Positions 60,583 through 64,000 of a stretch of 64,000 bases of DNA are shown in pieces; within the stretch, counting starts at the first letter, position 1; every line of letters starts with the position of its first letter. The DNA is from Eledone cirrhosa (Eukaryota), in contig OZ024748.1 of assembly GCA_964016885.1 (NCBI GenBank), forward strand, positions 46,748,001-46,812,000, read 5' to 3'. The translations under genes and the position numbers were made by a program. The notes beneath the pieces are model-generated. The model was not told the origin of the DNA, made no database searches, and saw only the letters and a program-made list of their open reading frames with translations.

Positions 60583-60614
<32 letters not shown>

Positions 60615-60920
60615 ACATCTCTCTCCCTCTCTCTCTCTATATATATATATACACACACACACACACGTCTATATATCATAACAGACACACACATATATAT
60701 ATATAAAAATGCATTCGACACCATTACCAACACAACCATCACTCCGACCACCACCACAACTACCGCCGACATCGTTTCATGTTTTTTTAAACTTACAATC
60801 TTAAGAACATAGAAACATTATGTCATTCTTTGAACTGCTGCCTTCAAATGGAAGGAACAAACAATCGCAGAACGATGGTAAAAGAGATAAAGACATCGAA
60901 AGGGGACTCGGAAAAAAATC

Positions 60921-61000
<80 letters not shown>

Positions 61001-61483
61001 CTATATATATATATTAGTAGTAAATACATTTGAGAGGTTTTCAAAGGTTATATAAGTATTAATCATATCACAACAATTCAGGAATACGGAACACTGATTA
61101 TTACAAAAGAAACTTCAGAACAGAGAGAAACACATACATATGTTTAGTATATATATATATAAATATATATATATACATTTATATATATAATATATATATT
61201 TATATATATAGAGAAAGAGGTATGTGTTTCTGTGTACATAGCTTATACATAAAACAAAGTTTTGAGACATTGAATATTAGTTGTACAGACGGCGAACTTT
61301 CACTGTATTAGCTCTATATTTGTGTACACACAGGCATATATACATGACTTTTTTTTTTATGTATGTGTATATGTGCGTGTATGTGTAGATGTGCGTGTAT
61401 GTGTATGTATATATGTGCGTGTATGTGTATATGTGCGTGTATGTGTATGTGTATGTGTGCGTGTATGTGTTGTTGTGCGCATT

Positions 61484-61612
61484 TGGGAGAACTGATAGTG
61501 CGTCGAACAAAGTAACACACGGTATATGTTCCGGATATTTACGTCTGATTTCAAATTCCGTTAACCTTTCATCATTTCCTGGTCGATAAATAATGTACCA
61601 ATGCAATACGTG
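61484..61612 (+). mobile_element. Degenerate tRNA-derived SINE
   Basis: tgatttcaaattccg...cctttcatc...ggtcgataaataatgtacca resembles the 33650 family. Confidence 0.55.
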
Positions 61613-61640
61613 AAGCCATATAATCGATTTTCCCTTCTCT

Positions 61641-61681
<41 letters not shown>

Positions 61682-61685
<4 letters not shown>

Positions 61686-62240
61686 GCATGGCAATCAAAA
61701 TAGATGGAAGCTACGGAGTAGACAGACCCAGAAAAACCTGGGACGACTTGATAAATTCCGACCTTACACAGTTACACCTCTTCAAGACAATGTCACTGGA
61801 CCGAGATCTTTGGCGCTACGCAGTAATACAGAAGACTCGCCTTGCCTAAGTACAAAGCGAAACCTACAGTCAGTAGGCACCTCCTAACCCAAAATACAGC
61901 TCATCCCACTACCCGCACCCCCATCAACACCACCCCTTTCTCTGTAAAGTTATGTTGGTACCACAATATCCAGTCCTAAACAAATGAGGTCGTGTAGGTA
62001 TCACGACAAAAAAACACAGTCCACGCTGTAATGTGGCCGTGTAGGTAACACGGTAAAAACCTCCCAGTTCCACACTGTAAACGTTGTTGGTGTTAGGAAG
62101 GGCCTCCAGTCGTAGAAAACCCGCCAGACAGTCCTATACAAGCAAGACAACCAATCTTGCCTCAAGTGGGACAATTCCCGTCTAAATCCATGTTAGCGTG
62201 GAAGATAGACCTTAAACGATGATGATGATGATGACGATGA
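61682..62240 (+). mobile_element. RTE LINE 3' end with (GAT)n tail
   Basis: KIDGSYGVDRPRKTWDDLINSDL...DRDLWR (RTE C-terminal GRP.KTW...DR..WR); 3' UTR ends in gatgatgat; 5' truncated at (TA)n. Confidence 0.8.
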
Positions 62241-62475
62241 TCTACACACGAATATGAAGAACAAACTGAGGTTCCATATTGAGGTTTTTATAAGAATGTG
62301 TCGCAGACGGTGGCTCAAGATGCATATCTCTGTCATGAATGTGTTCCTCTTAACATATACACTCTGCTATAGTATAGAACCTTAATACTGGAACCTTCTT
62401 CGGTAAACTACAAACCTTCTGAACCACTTAATTATAAATGTGTGTTTCTCTATGTTTATATATATATATCTCGTA

Positions 62476-62524
<49 letters not shown>

Positions 62525-62585
62525 AGAGTCAGGGACTCGACTGCTGAGCGCCGGCCGTTTCAACAGCTAGATCCGAATGGGCGGG

Positions 62586-62629
62586 ACCGTCCTGTTGAAG
62601 GCCAGTCAAGCCTGAAATGCATAGACGGT
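62586..62629 (+). ncRNA. Minimal type I HHR with one core substitution (CTGTTGA)
   Basis: accgtc-CTGTTGA-aggc cagtcaa gcct-GAA-atgcat-A-gacggt; all three stems perfect. Confidence 0.75.
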
Positions 62630-62769
62630 TGTCCCCCTTGCTACTGTTGGACACCACCAGAGGGCGCTAGCCCCGGTGTTTGCATAGCTACTGCTTCCTA
62701 AAACCGTGTTTCTTTAGAAATAAGAAATTTCTATACCTATTTGTATAAAGCTATGCTTGAAGCTAAATC

Positions 62770-62812
<43 letters not shown>

Positions 62813-62859
62813 AAGTAAAAGCGAAGTAGTTTCAGATGTTCAAGTCCTTTAATAATAAT

Positions 62860-62933
62860 GCTGTGATATATATTTCAATGACGACACTGGCCACACTGTT
62901 CTGTGTGCGAGTGTTGTGACATAATCAGACAGC
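62860..62933 (-). ncRNA. Type I HHR with one core substitution (CTGATTA)
   Basis: gctgt-CTGATTA-long stem II (acaacact/agtgtcgt)-GAA-atatatat-C-acagc. Confidence 0.6.
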
Positions 62934-63046
62934 TTGTTACATAATAAGGTTATGTTTCCGAGGTAATCCAAGTTGAATCGACATGGGAACGGACTATATA
63001 TATATATAATATAAGATCAAAAGATGGTTAAAGGAGTTCCATGTAA

Positions 63047-63113
63047 TTTTATTATGCGCATTTCAAAAACAAACATCATCATGCAATAATATTTGTGTTT
63101 TCATCAGATAAAA
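63047..63113 (-). ncRNA. Type I HHR (left arm)
   Basis: Mirror copy of 63238-63304. Confidence 0.78.
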
Positions 63114-63237
63114 CAGGAGAACATGATATGAAGGCTAAAAAACACTTGTGGATAGTGCAGTTTTAAATCAACATATATGTTGATTTAAAACTGCACTATC
63201 CACAAGTGTTTTTTAGCCTTCATATCATGTTCTCCTG

Positions 63238-63304
63238 TTTTATCTGATGAAAACACAAATATTATTGCATGATGATGTTTGTTTTTGAAATGCGCATAAT
63301 AAAA
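63238..63304 (+). ncRNA. Type I HHR
   Basis: ttttat-CTGATGA-aaacacaaatattatt...gatgatgtttgttttt-GAA-atgcgcat-A-ataaaa; palindromic stem III, AUA site, cleavage after 63298. Confidence 0.78.
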
Positions 63305-64000
63305 TTACATGGAACTCCTTTAACCATCTCTTGATCTTATATTATGTATACTCCAGTCCTACAAACTGTAGAGTGCTTCTTATCCGATATCTGCATTGCT
63401 TTATTGTACTACAATAAAACTCAGCTCCTACATATATATATACGTACATGTGTCTATGCATCTTCTTATGTATGTGTGACTGTGTATTTTCATATTTCAG
63501 TATTAGAGAACATGTGAGAGTAATTCTTTGATACAAAACTGTTCAAAGAGTGGATTATACTTTATGAGGAAATATAGAAATAAAAACCTTTAGAACAGAA
63601 TATATCGTTCAGATTTGAACCTAGATTTAAATCATTCGCAAAACTTTCTATTTCTCGTGAGTGTCTCTACCGAAATAATGGTATCGCTTGTCTTCCCCCA
63701 CGGTCAAAAATTATTCCAATATTAGATTTTATTGCATTACTATTTACCAATACAATCGATCTCTTTTTCCCACGGATTCTTGACTGCTGTTTTAATATAT
63801 ACCTACCTCTGGGTTAGTTTAGCCGTCAGTCAGGTTTTATCAAATTTTATCTAGCAATTGTATATCATCATTGCCCCTACGCTATTTTGTATATAACTAT
63901 ATTTGTCTTGGTCCACATATATTGTAACCTTTAGTCTATAATGTTTATTGCATTAAGAGTGCAGGCCTTTGTGGCTAATGAAGAAATTATTATTAACAAT

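Larger units (their letters stand above)
63006..63345. repeat. Spacer-less palindrome with 170-bp arms and two opposed HHRs
   Basis: Centre between 63175 and 63176 (tcaacat|at|atgttga); one mismatch seen by eye. Confidence 0.97.

Overview
Very AT-rich, microsatellite-saturated eukaryotic (metazoan) non-genic DNA. The repeat landscape ((TA)n everywhere, R4/Dong, RTE and CR1 LINE relics, tRNA-derived SINEs) suggests a cephalopod such as an octopod, but that is inference. No host protein-coding gene can be supported; almost all ORF-track entries are translations of (TA)n, (CA)n or (GA)n. Real coding relics are non-LTR retrotransposons: CRE-like at 6.5-6.8 kb, R4/Dong-like at 19.5-20.8 kb and 45.4-49.3 kb, CR1-like at 39.9-41.8 kb and 53.3-53.8 kb, and RTE-like at 26.2-26.6, 34.5-35.1 and 61.7-62.2 kb. 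The main signal is in the short unique islands between the (TA)n tracts. Folded by hand, they contain roughly 25-30 type I hammerhead ribozyme (HHR) motifs in about 15 sequence-unrelated families. Most have a short palindromic stem III, and several carry non-canonical cores (U3-A8, A4, C4). They occur as tandem units (172, ~301, 317, ~520 nt), as fold-back palindromes and as direct-plus-inverted copies, and nearly always abut (TA)n. This matches a diverse population of Penelope-like pseudo-LTRs or retrozymes associated with TA microsatellites, predicted to produce self-cleaving and possibly circular RNAs. All folds were done by eye and no activity data exist.
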